Of a DNA stretch of 64,000 nucleotides, positions 1 through 13,519 are shown piece by piece. The DNA comes from Setoptus koraiensis (taxonomy: Eukaryota > Animalia > Arthropoda), in NCBI GenBank assembly GCA_048013815.1, contig CM106586.1, positions 248,001-312,000 of the forward strand, given 5' to 3'. A program made the translations under genes and the position numbers. Position 1 is the first letter of the stretch, and each line of letters starts with the position of its first letter. Under the pieces are notes generated by a model. The model ran no database searches and was not told where the DNA came from. It saw only the letters and a program-made list of their open reading frames with translations.

Positions 1-474
1 CATCTCCGTCGTCGCTCCCGCGACGACTACGTGCGACGGGAACCCTTCGGGTAGGGTTGATGAGCGCTTCGGATATCGGGCTGCGCCCTTTACCCTCCGC
101 TCACATGACTGCAATCCAGACACAGATGTTTGGAATGGCAGAAGAATACGATAATGCATGGTGCTGCGCATACGTGGCACAGAATGAGTCCGCTGAACGC
201 AACCGCACAGACCCGGCCACACCCTCGGATCAACTTGAACCTCTTTATCTATCGAACCGAAAGTCATAGGAATTTAATTTTGATGCTATTATGCTCCGCT
301 AGGTGTCTCCTATCATATTCTGGAATTTGGGAGCTCTATCTCGATATTTTCGTATCTCCGGAACCGGAAGTTTCCTGGCATCCGGAATACTAAATTCATA
401 GTATGGGTCCCCTACGGGGCTCTTGTGTGAAGTTTCATCGAAATCCGAGTGGGGACCTAATCGCTTCAACACCC
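1..474 (+). mobile_element. Merlin-type MITE, family 1 (left part outside window)
   Basis: Conserved hairpin core at 1-120 and right end GGGACCTAATCGCTTCAACACCC; near-identical to the copy at 2915-3738. Confidence 0.8.
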
Positions 475-1435
475 CGATTTTGTATTGGATTAGGTCCCCA
501 AGCCTTTGCTCATGCGTAAGGTTGCGGGCAGGATATTTTTCGTGTGGGGTGCCTCCTGACTTTACTATTTGTGTATAAGGCCGCCCCTTATTTTTTCGGC
601 TTTCCTCTTTGCCTCTTCACTATCGACAGGTTTCGCTACTACCTTGTCAAGCTTTTTAAACCAGGTTGCGAGTAAGGCGTAAGATGTCTCACCCTGGTTA
701 GTTGCTCGCTTTAAATGACGTCGTGACCAGTTGCGGCGGCTGTTTTTGCGAAAGGGTTTGGTAGTGGAGGTGGTAGTGTTGGTAGTAGTGGGAGTGTTAG
801 TATCCACTGTAAAGTTAGGATGGTGAGAGGGAGGCTAGGTTAGGGACGCAATTAGTAACTAATTCAGACTCTGCCGTGGTAGGGGTAATGTTTCGCTTGT
901 TCAGTGGCAGTATGCGGACAACAGAGCCTGTAGAGCGACGACCGCGGACTCTCCTTGGCCTCGCTTGCTTCTACAGGGTGCTTCGTTATATTGTTGCTGA
1001 ACCAGGCTAGATCTTGTTGATCAGTTACCTTGCTACCCATAGTTCTGTATGTTTGTTAGCTTATTGGTACCTCGAGAGGTATTTAAAGGGGTATATAGAT
1101 AGAGGGGTATGCGTGCTGTGTGCAATGAGTGTGCTGTGCGTGTTGCGCGTTCTATATTTGCTGTGTTACTATGCGTACTGTGCGCGCTGTACGTGCGGTG
1201 CTTGTGTGCGGTGTTTGGGTGCAGAGTGTATGTGTGCGAAGTGTATGTGTGCTTACTCTTTGTGATTTAATTTTTGGGCAGAGCCTCCGGGCGCCTTTTT
1301 GATTTTATCATAAAAGTGGGCGTGGCTATGAATTGGTATTTGGACAGGGCCTCCGGCCGCCCTTTCGATTTTTGGGTTAAAATGGGCGTGACCGTGGGTA
1401 TATTGTTGACAAGGGCCTCCGGCCGACCTGTTGAT

Positions 1436-2060
1436 TTTTAGCGCTGAATTTTAATTAAGTAGCTATTCGTGTGGTGATGATGGATACGTTTATTCACGTG
1501 AGTAGAACAAATCAGTGCAATTTTCTATCTAGGGAAAATTAGCACAAGGAAGGCATCGGGATGTATCTAGTAGGTTTCATCGTTCTAAATTTACCTAGTT
1601 TGTTAGTACAGTGGAAGCTAGGAGGCGGAGTCATTGGAAAACAATTATACAGTGGAAGCTGAGATGCTTACCAGACAAAATTAGAAGCAAGAATGCTAGC
1701 TGTTTACAAATTGGAATTAGCACTAGGGAAGCTAGAAAGGCAAAAACTAGGTAGATTTAGTACAATAGAACGCTTAAATGTTGGTTTATTAAATTTAACA
1801 CAGGAACAGCTAGGAGGCAGAATCACTAGGAAACAATGATACAGAGAAGACTGAGATGCAAACTAGGTGTATCTAGCAAAGTAGAAGGCTAGCTGTTGAC
1901 AATAAGGATCTAGCGCACGGGAAGTTAGTAGTCATTAAACTAGGAAATCACAGTACAGTAGAAGCTACTCAAGTTGACAAGTGTCTCGCAGCACAAGTTA
2001 TGCTATGATTAATCGAACAAGGTGAAAGTGACGAACTTGAAGCCGAGATGCCCATTAGAA
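1436..2060 (+). mobile_element. Helentron/HINE-like non-autonomous element, 5' part with CTAG-rich internal repeats
   Basis: Starts with TTTTTAGCGCTGAATTTTAATTAAG, the end module repeated many times in the window; related CTAG-rich blocks at 6500-7200, 7900-8260, 12560-13000 and 17500-17880. Confidence 0.5.
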
Positions 2061-2914
2061 TGATTTAGCAGAGCAGAAGGCGGTCATTCTATACAAGAGC
2101 GCCACACTTTTTTCGAGGATTTTTGGGTATTTTCAGCTGGGGTATTGTACCCTGATACCCGATTGAGTATTCCGGAAGTGCGGAAATTCCTCGTTCCCGA
2201 GATAACCGAGGTACCGCTTAGTGGGTGTTTCTCAATACCCGACGACCGCGAGTGTTTTTAGGGGCATTTTTTTGGGGTAGCATGGGTGTTCCATGGTGGA
2301 GCAACTCATTGCGACCCAGTATGGGTACTTTTTGTGGTGAAGATAGTGACCCCGAGATCAAGCAAAAGTGGTCCGTGCCAGGGCGTAGGAAACTAACATT
2401 TACGGCGACCAAAAGAGATGGGGCCTCTGCAGACAAGCTTACTTTTGCAGATTTGAGCTTTGCATCGCTGGGCGATGAGTCTGCGTTTGATCTGAAAACT
2501 CGGCCTGCGGCCTCATAATTTGGAGGCCGTCACATCTCCGTCGTCGCTCCCGCGACGACTGCGTGCGACGGGAGCCCTCCGGGTAGGGTTGATGAGCGCT
2601 TCGGGTATTGGGCTACGCCCTCTACCCCCGCTCACGTGACTGCAAACCATGGGAAATTCTTGGTTGAAGAAATGCGACGATAGAAACTGAATTCATCACA
2701 ATGATGCGTATCATCAAGAATCGGAGAGATATCGGGATGAATTGGCGCGCGTACATACTCGTGCGCGCGGATGCTTCGTTCCGAGCGGAATACCCGCGCG
2801 GTTTTCCTGAATATCTCCGGAACCAGACGCCGCACAGGTGAAACGAACTCCGTTGTACTTAGCACGTCCGCATCCTGCTGTTCATCAAGTTTCATGGCTC
2901 TAGCTTGAATTTTG

Positions 2915-3738
2915 GGTTGTTGTAGCGATTAGGTCTCCACCCAGATTCTGATGAAACTTCCGGTATAGGTTCATATTGACCCAAATAAGACGAGGAAATT
3001 ACTCCGGAAGCCAGGAAACTTCCGGTTCCGGTTTGACATGAAGTTGAAGCAAGAGATCTGAAACTCACCAGACCGACGTTTCAGAGAACGCTGAACAGAA
3101 TAGCATACTTTTCAGCTCTGTGAGACTTCCGGTTCTCAGGATATCGGCTTATTTATAGGTTTGGAAGACCGGAAGTTGACGAATCTCAGCTTCGCTTCAC
3201 TCGGGTATGAACCTGCGATAGGTCTGAGAACTCAGCCTGCGGCCTCGTAATTTGGAGGCCGTCACATCTCCGTCGTCGCTCCCGCGACGACTACGTGCGA
3301 CGGGAACCCTTCGGGTAGGGTTGATGAGCGCTTCGGATATCGGGCTGCGCCCTTTACCCTCCGCTCACATGACTGCAATCCAGACACAGATGTTTGGAAT
3401 GGCAGAAGAATACGATAATGCATGGTGCTGCGCATACGTGGCACAGAATGAGTCCGCTGAACGCAACCGCACAGACCCGGCCACACCCTCGGTTCAGCTT
3501 GAACCTCTTTATCCACCGGAACGGAAGTAATAGAAAATTAATTTTGATGCCATTATGCTCCGCTAGGTGTCTCCTATCTAATTCCTAAATTTGGGAGCTC
3601 TATCTCGATATTTTCGTATCTCCGGAACCGGAAGTTTCCTGGCATCCGAAATACTAAATTCATAGTATGGGGCCCCTACGGGGCTCTTGTGTGAAGTTTC
3701 ATCGAGATCCGAGTGGGGACCTAATCGCTACAACACCC
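2915..3738 (+). mobile_element. Merlin-type MITE, family 1, complete
   Basis: Ends GGTTGTTGTAGCGATTAGG...CCTAATCGCTACAACACCC; 8-bp target duplication GAATTTTG on both sides; no coding capacity. Confidence 0.88.
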
Positions 3739-4819
3739 GAATTTTGTGTGAAACCGCAAGTTTCCGCACTTCCGGACTAGCGAATCCGTTGTTTGGGGGC
3801 CCTTCGGGGCCCATGTCTGAAGTTTGGTTGAAATCTGAGCGTGGCACTATTCGCTAGAACACCCGAATTTTCAATTTCGAATTTCGATTTGCCATCACCG
3901 AACCCCTCACAGATTTGACCTAGTCAAATCTCCATAGGATTGCATGCGAAAAATTCTCGATTTAAGCGATAATGGACCAGGTCGAATCTACATAGGAATA
4001 CATGTGTAATGTCTAGCAGGATTCTCACAAATTTGACTAAGTCAAACCTCCATAGGATTACATAGTCACGTGAATAAACGTATCCAACATCACTACCCCA
4101 GTAGCTACTTAATTAAAATTAAGCGCTAATAAACAAGTAATTCTGATTTTATCAGTATCAAGAGCGCTTAATTTTGTCAGTTGATAATTTGCGGATATCA
4201 AATTTCGAATCTCCATAGGGTTAACATGTGTAATGTTTAGATACTTTAACACGGGAATTGAGAGACTCAATCTCCCCAGAGTCAAGGGTGTAGATTGCTA
4301 ACAACGCACGAGACATGTAATCAATAATCTGTAAACAAGTAAAGGAGCCAGGTATCTACACTCTAAATTGAACAATTAATACTGATCAAATCAGTATTTC
4401 GAGCGCTTAATTTTTTAGCGCTTAATTTTTTTGAATTAAGTAGCTATTGGGATGGGTCTGGGTGCTACGTTTATTCACGTGGGTAGAACAAATCAGTGCT
4501 TTTTTTAACTAGAAACAAGTGATGCTGATTCGATCAGTATCTCGAGCGCTTAATTTTTTGGATAGACGAGTATCGTTGGAATATGGATGCGAGTATGTGA
4601 CAACATGTCGGAGATAAACATCTATGCCTGTCGATCAGAGTAGCCGAAAAGATGACAGAATGAATACAAGTTCTCCAAATTTCTATCGCAGCATGATACA
4701 CATGTGGATTGTTTGCGTATGGATTGGGGAAGGTTCTAATAGTCAGTTTCGCCGCAATGAGTAATTGAGTTAGACACAACGATTAGTCAATAGCGCAGAC
4801 TTTGTTATAGTGCATCAAT

Positions 4820-6230
4820 TTTGAATTTCGAAGTTCGAAATGTGACCATCGAACTTCGAATTGTCACCAACGAACTTCAAATTGTGACCATCGAACTCTG
4901 TACGAGCACCTGGAACTAGTATCGGAAATTCGAATTTTTCAATTTCGAAGTTCGAAATGTGACGATCGAACTATGACCATCGAACATCGAACTCTGACCA
5001 TCGAACTCCGACAATGCAGCTGAAACTATCATTGGGAATTCAAATTTTCAATGTTCGAATTTAGAATTTCGAAGTTCGAATTTCGAAGTTCGAATTGTGA
5101 CCATCGAATTGTGACTATCGAACATCGAACTCTGACCATCGAACTCCGACAATGCAGCTGAAACTATCATTGGGAATTCAAATTTTCAATGTTCGAATTT
5201 AGAATTTCGAAGTTCGAATTTCGAAGTTCGAATTGTGACCATCGAATTGTGACTATCGAACATCGAACTCTGACCATCGAACTCCGACAATGCAGCTGAA
5301 ACTATCATTGGGAATTCAAATTTTCAATGTTCGAATTTCGAATTTCGAAGTTCGAATTGTGACCATCGAACTCTGACCACCGAACTCTGACCATCGAACA
5401 TCGAACGAGCAGCTGTAACTCTCATCAGAAATCCGAATTTTCAATTTAGAATTTCGAAGTTCGAATTTCGAAGTCCGAATTGTGACCATCGAATTGTGAC
5501 TATCGAACATCGAACTCTGACCATCGAACTTCGACAATGCAGCTGAAACTATCATTGGGAATTCAAATTTTCAATGTTCGAATTTCGAAGTTCGAATTGT
5601 GACCATCGAATTGTGACTATCGAACATCGAACTCTGACCATCGAACATCGAACGAGCAGATGAAATTCTTATAAGAAATTCGAATTTTCAATTTTGAAGT
5701 TCGATTTGTCACCACCGAACTCCTCACAAATTCGACCTAGTCAAATCTACATAAGATCGCATACGAAATATTTTCGAGTGAAGCGATAATAAACCAAGTC
5801 AAATCTGCATAGTAATACATATGTAATGTCTAGCAGGATTCTCACAAATTTGACCAAGTCCAACCTCCATAGGATTACATAGTCACGTGAATAAACGTAG
5901 AGCCCAGAACCATCCCAATAGCTGCTTAATTAAAATTAAGCGCTAAAAATCGAATTTTCAATTTCGAAGTTCAGATTTTTACAATCGAACTTCGAATTGT
6001 TACCATCAAACTCTGACTATCGAACTTTGACCATCGGACTACGAACACTGAACCACAAACTCTGTACTAGCAGCTGTAACTCTTATCAGAAATCCGAATT
6101 TTCAATTTCGAACTTCGAATTGTGACCATAGAACTCCGACCATCGAACGTCGAACGGGCAGATGGAACTGTCATCAGGAATTCGAATTTACAATTTCGAA
6201 TTTTGATTTGTCACCACCGAACCCCTCACA
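4820..6230 (+). repeat. TTCGAA/CCATCGAAC-rich minisatellite inside a Helentron-like element
   Basis: Tandem higher-order units built from TTCGAA and GACCATCGAAC subrepeats; inverted homologues at 41750-42300 and 60350-60560. Confidence 0.85.
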
Positions 6231-8979
6231 AATTTGACCTAGTCAAATCTCCATAGGATTGCATACGAAATATTTTCGAGTGAAGCGATAATAGACCAAG
6301 TCGAATCTTCATAGCAATACATGTGTAATGTCTAGCAGGATTCTCACAAATCTGACTAAACCTCCATAGGATTACATAGTCACATGAATAAACGTATCCA
6401 ACATCACTACCCGAGTAGCTACTTAATCAAAATTAAGCGCTAAAAATTGTCAAAATCGTCAAAGTCAAATCTCCATAGGGATAACATTGTTAACGTTTAG
6501 ATACCTTGAATGGTTGAGCAGTTTCTGCTGTGCTGTAATCTCTTAGCTACAACGCATCTAGCTTACCTTGCACTAAATCAGAATTGTAGACAGCTAGCCT
6601 TCTGCTGTGCTAAATTCATCTAGATAGCATCTCAGTATTGAGCGTGCTACACTCGTCTAGTTTCAGCCACATCAGCATTGACAGTGCTGAGAAGCAGTAG
6701 TTATTCTGAATAGTATCTACTGTTGTACAATCTCCTAGTTCCAACACCTCTAGCTTCCAGTGCACTAAATCCGAATTGTATACAGCTAGCCTTCTGCTGT
6801 GCTAGATTCATCTAGTTAGCATCTAAGCTTTAAGCGTGCTAATCGCGTCTAGTAAGTGAACGCGCATAGCATTCTATGTGCTAAATTCAACTAATCGACA
6901 TTGTAAGCGTTGAGTGTTCTAAATTTATCTAGTTTATTTCTCATAGTACAGCCTTCACCGTGCTATTTTTTCCTAGTTGAAAAAAGCACTGATTTGTTCT
7001 ACCCACGTGAATAAACGTATCCATCCGACCCACATCAATAGCTACTCAGTTAAAATTAAGCGCTAAAAAATAGCACGGTGTAAGCTGTACTATGAGAAAT
7101 AACTAGATAAATTTAGAACACTCAAAGCTTACAATGTTGATTAGTAAAGTTTGGCACACAGAATGCTATGCGCGCCAAACACTAACTAGTGTTAAGAAGT
7201 GCTCTAAAACAGCCTAGACCGGTTCACCCATTCACGTAAAAGCGCGCATACCTACGGCACACACTCAAAGTGCAGTAGCACATGGCACACATAGCATACG
7301 CAGCACACACTCAGCGCGCTCACACAGCGTCCACAGCACACAGCACACACACAGCGTCCACACAGCACACACATGTAGTGTGGTAGCTTATACCGCACTC
7401 AGCACACACAAGCACAAGCACAGAAGTGCATACACTAATGTACTACAGCACACAGAAGCGAGTACACTAACTTACTAGCACAGAGCGCACGCGACAATTT
7501 TTCACCCTATATGCTTCGATATGCACCGTACTTGTCAAGATATTCACCGTTAGATGGGTGCATATTGATGTAGACATATTGAGCAATTAACCAATGAGTG
7601 ACCACAGCTAGGTCAACGAGTCATATGCATTAATTGAACAATTAAACAGTTATTTCCGCGTGCTACAAGTATAAAAGTAGAGCTCATCGACAAGTGAAAG
7701 TCATTCGAGCAGAGCTATCAAACACCACGCACCACAATAGACAATACATTGGACAACTAGGATACGCTATACAGACAAACTACACCATAGTACGCATGTT
7801 TAAACCAGTATCTAATCAATAAAGTAGTATACAAAAAAGCAAATTAGTTCACGCCCATTTCATCTCTAAACGCACAGCGGTGTGCGCACATCTACCACTG
7901 AACGCCAAACTTAACACTAGACGCGATTAGCACGCTCAATGCTGAGATGCTAGCTAGATGAATTTAGCACAGCAGAAGACTAGCTGTCTACAATTCGAAT
8001 CTAGTGCACTGGAAGCTAGAGGCGTCAGAACTAGAAGATTGTAGAACAGTAGAAGCTATTCAGAATAACTACTGCCTATCAGCACTGTTAATGCTATTGT
8101 AGATAAAACTAGACGAGAGTAACACGCTCAATGCTGCGATGCTAACTAGATGAATTTAGCACAGAGGAAGTCAAGCGGCGTACAATTCGGACTTAGCGCA
8201 CGGGAAGCTAGGAGCGTTGTAACTAGAAGATTACAGCACAGCAGAAACTACTCAATATAACTAGTAAGTCCTTCTAGTATTTGTGATACGCAATCAGATA
8301 TGCAAAGGTGCTTCACAGTATGAGTCGGTTGTGAAAGAGTATGACTTCATTGAGAGGTGTATTTGCTTCTCATATTGCACCTGCTGATTGTATTCTTCGT
8401 GAGCCGCGCCCCTACTACCGTAGGTGTGAGTTAGTGATGGGGACGGGTCGGTGACAATTCTTGAATAATTCTTGTATAATTCCTGTGAAATGCACGAATT
8501 TAGTATCCACCATCATACCGTGCATGAATATTCATGCATGATTTATAGGATCCAACAGCACTACATCATAAGCACTTAATTGAAATTAAGCACTAAAAAC
8601 CTGTCAGAACGCAGAAATTTCCCTGACTATAGTTGTCAGCACGCAGAAATTTCACCGAGGAAACCTGTCAGCACGCAGAAATTTCGGTTTTACTGGAGAA
8701 TAGTGCCGCACTTTTTTCGAGGTATTTTGGGTATTTTTGGGTAGGGTATCGTACTCTGGTACTGAGATAGGTAATCCGGAAGTGCGGAAATTTCTAGTTC
8801 CCGAGATAACCGAGGTACCGCACGGTAGGCGTTTCTTGATACCCGACGACCGCTAGCGGTTTCTGGGGTATTTGTTAGGGTATCTTCACTATTTTTTGGT
8901 AGTCAAACTTATTCCAGACCGATCTGGGTAAGAAGATATTCAATAAAAAGGCTTGGAGTTTGGCCAACAACAGCAATCC

Positions 8980-9452
8980 TACAAATTTGAGCTTCGCTGC
9001 ACTCGAACATGAGCCTGCGATTGTTCTGAGAACTCGGCCTGCGGCCTCGTAATCTGGAGGCCGTCACATCTCCGTCGTCGCTCCCGCGACGACTGCGTGC
9101 GACGGGAACCCTTCGAGTAGGGTTGATGAGCGCTTCCGTGCAGCCTCCGCTCACATGACTGCAATCCATACACGAAAGTAGGTTGTGCAACAGACTGTCT
9201 ACTGTCGAATTCCATTACTATCGCTCATTATCTCAGAAACCGGAAGTCCAACAGAAATCAAAATGACTTCATCGTGCTCAGCACAGTCACATAAGGCTAA
9301 GTTTCAAGGCTATATCTGCAAGTTTATCTAAAACCGGAACCGGAAATTTTCGCACGTCCGGACCACTCAAAGAGTTCTCAGGGGGCCCTACGGGTCCCAT
9401 GTGTTGGTTGTTTCATCCAATTCGGAGTGTGGCGCTATTCCATAGAATACCC
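8980..9452 (+). mobile_element. Merlin-type MITE, family 1, partial
   Basis: Hairpin core at ~9030-9170 and a degenerate right end GGCGCTATTCCATAGAATACCC. Confidence 0.7.
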
Positions 9453-10026
9453 CAAGTTTTTGCCGACCAATAATCGAAATTTGTTTTTGCTGAATTCGGT
9501 TAGAGCACACTCAGATGCACCTAGCGATGTTGAATTCATGACCGAATGACGTACATAACAGAAGTTATTCGAGAAATGGTATGCAGGACTAGTGGCAGGA
9601 TCGTGTGCATCTGACTAAACTGCGCAGAACAGAATTCGGCACAGCGGTCAAAATACACAATTTGAATTTCGCTGACCGCATCCGGTTGCATACACGTGTT
9701 GCACTCTACCAGTCTGGGTCATCAGTTTGACGATTCAGTAGCATATTTGAGATAATTCATAATAATAAGTTAGATAATTCAACATATAAGGTACGACAAT
9801 CCAGAATAATAAGTAAGACAGTTCAGGGTCATCGATCATCACAAGTATCAACTCAATTCTAATATAGTTTAGTAAGTATATTATCCAATTCATCAGCAAT
9901 CAAGATGCCACGAAGAGCAAGCGTTAAGAACTACAAATATCGGTTGTTGTAGCGATTAGGTTCCCACCGAGATTCTAATGAAACTTCCGGTATAGGTTCA
10001 TTTTGACCCAAATAAGACGGAAAATT

Positions 10027-13000
10027 GATACTGATCTTATCAGTATCAAGAGCGCTTAATTTTGTGAGTTGGTAATTTGCAGATATCAATTTTTGAATCT
10101 CCTAGAGTTAACATGTGTAATATCTAGATACTTTAACACAAGGATTGAGAGACTCAAATCTCGGGTGTTCTTGTGATTAGGTCCCAGCGCCGATCATCAC
10201 GAAACTTGACACACGGGTCCCGCAGGGGCCTCACATCATGGATTAGGTGGTCCGGAAGTGCGGAAACTTCTGGTTCCGGTTTTACATAAAGTTTAAGCTA
10301 GAGCTCTGAAAATTGAGAATCAGGTAGATGACCATTAGCGGAGCACGATGAAATAAAAATCCAACAAAATCCGGTATCATTTTCGGTTTGCTAGATATCA
10401 AGGTTCAACTGAAATTAGAGGTGCGGCCGGGCCTGTGCGATTGCGGTAAGCGGGCCCATACTGTGCACAGACTGCGCAACACCATGTATTAGCTTGTAAT
10501 CCAGATGTTCCTACTTGTCTCATCCTTATTTTTTATTCCCCCCTCATTTGTGCATGGATGTTGCAGTCATGTGAGCGGAGGGTAGAGGGCGCAGCCCGAT
10601 ACCCGAAGCGCTCATCAACCCTACCCGAAGGGTTCCCGTCGCACGCAGTCGTCGCGGGAGCGACAACGGAGATGTGACGGCCTCCAGAATACGAGGCCGC
10701 AGGCCGAGTTCTAAGAACAATCGCAGGCTCATCCCTGAGTGTAGCGAAGCATGAATTTGGCAACTTACGGTCTCTCAACTCTTGAGATATCGCTATAACC
10801 AGAGAACCGGAAGTAGTGAAGAGCTGAAAATTATGTCATCGTGTTAATCGTCATCTAAAACGTCAGTCTGGTGAGTTTCAACTCTCTAGAAGCAACTTAT
10901 GGTAAATCTGGAACCGGAAGTTTCCGCTTTTCCGGACCACTTTTCCCGATGGTTTTGGGTCAAGGTGAACCTGTACCGGAAGTTTCATCAGGATCGGCGC
11001 TGGGACCTAATCGCTAGAACAACCCAAATCTCCATAGAGTTAACATGTGCAATGTTCAGATACTTCAACACGGGAATCATATTTCAAAACTCCATAGGGT
11101 TAACATTTGTAATGTTTAGATACTTCAACACGGAAATTGAGAGACTCAAATCTCCATAAGGTTAACATGTGTAATGTTTTGATACTTTAACACGTTACGT
11201 TACGGTTAAGATTTGTAATCAACAATTTGTAAACAAGTAAACGAGCCAGCAATCTACACACGAGACTGTGAAGCAACAACATGTAAACAAATTTTGAACA
11301 GCTAGAATGTGATGATGAGGCGGCAGATTTAGATTTCGATCATATCTGTAGCTCACTGTGTATTAGGGAGCGGAGCTTCTCAAGTCTCAATCAAGCTGCA
11401 GCTTACTGTGTGCTGAGGAGGTGAAGTGACTTAAGTCTCAAACTAGTGTGTAGATTACTGTGTTAAGGAGCTGGATAGTAACGTTGGAATAGAGAAGCGA
11501 GTATGTGATAAAATTTATCTATGACGGAAGAGATGTTACGCTTCGTGGAATCATTGTACCGTGTGGAAATCTGCTGATACCTCCAGCCGCAGTTCAGGGA
11601 AAAACCGCTCGAGGTCGCTTTTTGTACACGCATTTTTCGTGCGTGAGATCGAATGAGCAATCGAAAAACAAATCAACAAGAAAAAAAGAAGAAAAAACGT
11701 AAAATTTATCGAGCCACCTCAACCTTTTCAGTGCTTTTTTAGGGTGACGCCAGCACCCCTGGCGTCTTTTCCTTGAACTACGGCCGAAGGCATCGGCAGA
11801 TTTCCACACGGTATATCGTTCGGCGAAGAGCTTGATTTCTGCAAATGTTCTCACCGTAATACTTTCGTGAAAATTTGCACAGAGCACCAATACAATGCTA
11901 ATAGTAATCTGTGCAAGTGTCATCGATGTGCACTTGCCTGTTTTTGCAGCATCAGAAATTTTCGGACGCTCATGGTCATGTGAATACTGGAATTTCTGAA
12001 CATGTTCTCACCACTAAATTTTCGCGAAAATTTGTACAGATGTCTGATACAATACCAATGTCAATCTGTGCAAGTTTGATCAAAAGTTTATTCCCCGTTT
12101 TCGCAGCATTGGAAATGTCCGGATGTCTCAGTCCATGTGAATACTGGAATTTCTGAACATTTTCACACCATTACGATTCTGTTACTATCTGCGCAGATCC
12201 TAAATATACTGCTTGTGAATTTCCTGTGTCGGACGAATCGCCTCTTTCTCAATCTGAAATCGTTTCCGTTGCTCCTTCTATTCTCTGCTCTGTCTCCATT
12301 ACCCATCGCCATTATTATCAAATTATTTCTCTCGTTGAGATCTGTCGATACAAGTACACTACGTTAACTTACTAAATATCCTAGTTATCTACAATTTGTC
12401 TCCCTGTGTATCTAATAACGTTTCTTCGCATCCATTCTTCTGCTAGGCTCAATTCATCTGGCAAACATCTCACCCTCGGATAAAATATTCATCTAATGAT
12501 TAGATCGCACGCAACCTTCTTTTCGTGGTAACCATTCATATTCATTTGCAACTCCTGTCAGCTAAGTTAAACGCTACTGTGCTACTCACGCTCAGTTTTA
12601 CTCAGCGTATCTTAGATACTGGAGGGAGTTACTAGTTATATTGAGTAGTTTTTGCTGTGCTGTAATCTTCTAGTTACAACGCTCCTAGCTTTCCGTGTTC
12701 TAGGTACAAGTTCTACACGGGTTGGCTTCCTCTATGCAAAATTCATCTAATTAGCATCGCAACATTGAGCGTGCTTTTCTTGTCTAATTTTATCTACAAT
12801 AGCATTAACAGAGCTGAGAAGCAGTAGTTATTCTGAGTTGCTTCCACTGTTCTACAATCTTCTAGTTCTGACGCCTCTAGCATCCAGTGCACTAAATCCG
12901 AATTGTATACAGCTAGCCTTCTGCTGCGCCAAATTCATCTAATTAGTATCTCAGCATTGAGCTGGTTGGTTTTTTGGTTGGCTCGTCCAACCAGCACTGA

Positions 13001-13080
13001 TTTGTTCTACCCACGTGAATAAACGTAGAGCCCAGAACCATCCCAATAGCCACTTAATTAAAATTAAGCGCTAAAAATCG
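10027..13080 (-). mobile_element. Helentron/HINE-like element with both ends, interrupted by a MITE
   Basis: 5' subterminal repeat (reverse complement TTTTTAGCGCTTAATTTT) at ~13060-13080; 3' subterminal repeat plus ATACTGAT-nnn-ATCAGTAT palindrome at ~10027-10065; internal ~60-bp, ~52-bp and CTAG-rich repeats. Confidence 0.5.
10163..11024 (-). mobile_element. Merlin-type MITE, family 1, complete
   Basis: GGGTGTT...AACAACC ends; 8-bp TSD CAAATCTC (10155-10162 and 11025-11032); core on the minus strand. Confidence 0.9.
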
Positions 13081-13519
13081 AACTTCAACGACTCAACTAC
13101 ATCGATAAAGTCGAGCTTTGATGAGTCGGCAAACAGTATCATTATTGTGTCTACCATGCTCATCGCAGTGTTTATCTTCGTTATCACACTTTATTTGAAG
13201 TCGAAATTTATGGAAAAGACAAGAGAAGCTCCCTCCTCCCGGGCGGGAGCGGGCAGCTAAACGTGGAGCGAAATTTCAGTTGTTCCCCCGATCACTACTA
13301 TTGATGTAGTGATGTTGGATCCTTAATGGAGGAGCTACAAGCCTACAACTTTGAGTCACGCCCCCTCCCTAGCACACAGAGAGCTACACACTAGTTGAGA
13401 GTCACTTAAGTCGCTACGCCTCCCTAGCACACAGAAAGCTGCAGCTTGATTGAGACTTAAGTGCTAAAGAATCTAGACATCACAATTTTAAACTCTATGG
13501 AGATCTGAGTCTCTCGATT

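Noticed and set aside
57-393. Short ORFs recurring at every MITE copy (MGLRTRPAAS..., MSASDIGL...)
   Set aside because: They are translations of the GC-rich non-coding core; lengths and frames vary between copies with no codon-level constraint visible.
565-807. Basic Arg/Thr-rich 80-aa ORF as a viral capsid or gag N-terminus
   Set aside because: No family motif recognised; too short to support.
3300-3345. Hammerhead or HDV ribozyme in the MITE core (TTGATGAG...)
   Set aside because: No CTGATGA...GAAA core with the required stems and no HDV pseudoknot pattern found by eye; kept only as an unassigned structure.
4820-6230. Heat-shock element array or CRISPR-like array
   Set aside because: GAA/TTC spacing mostly does not fit nGAAnnTTCn, and the repeats are contiguous with no unique spacers and no cas genes.
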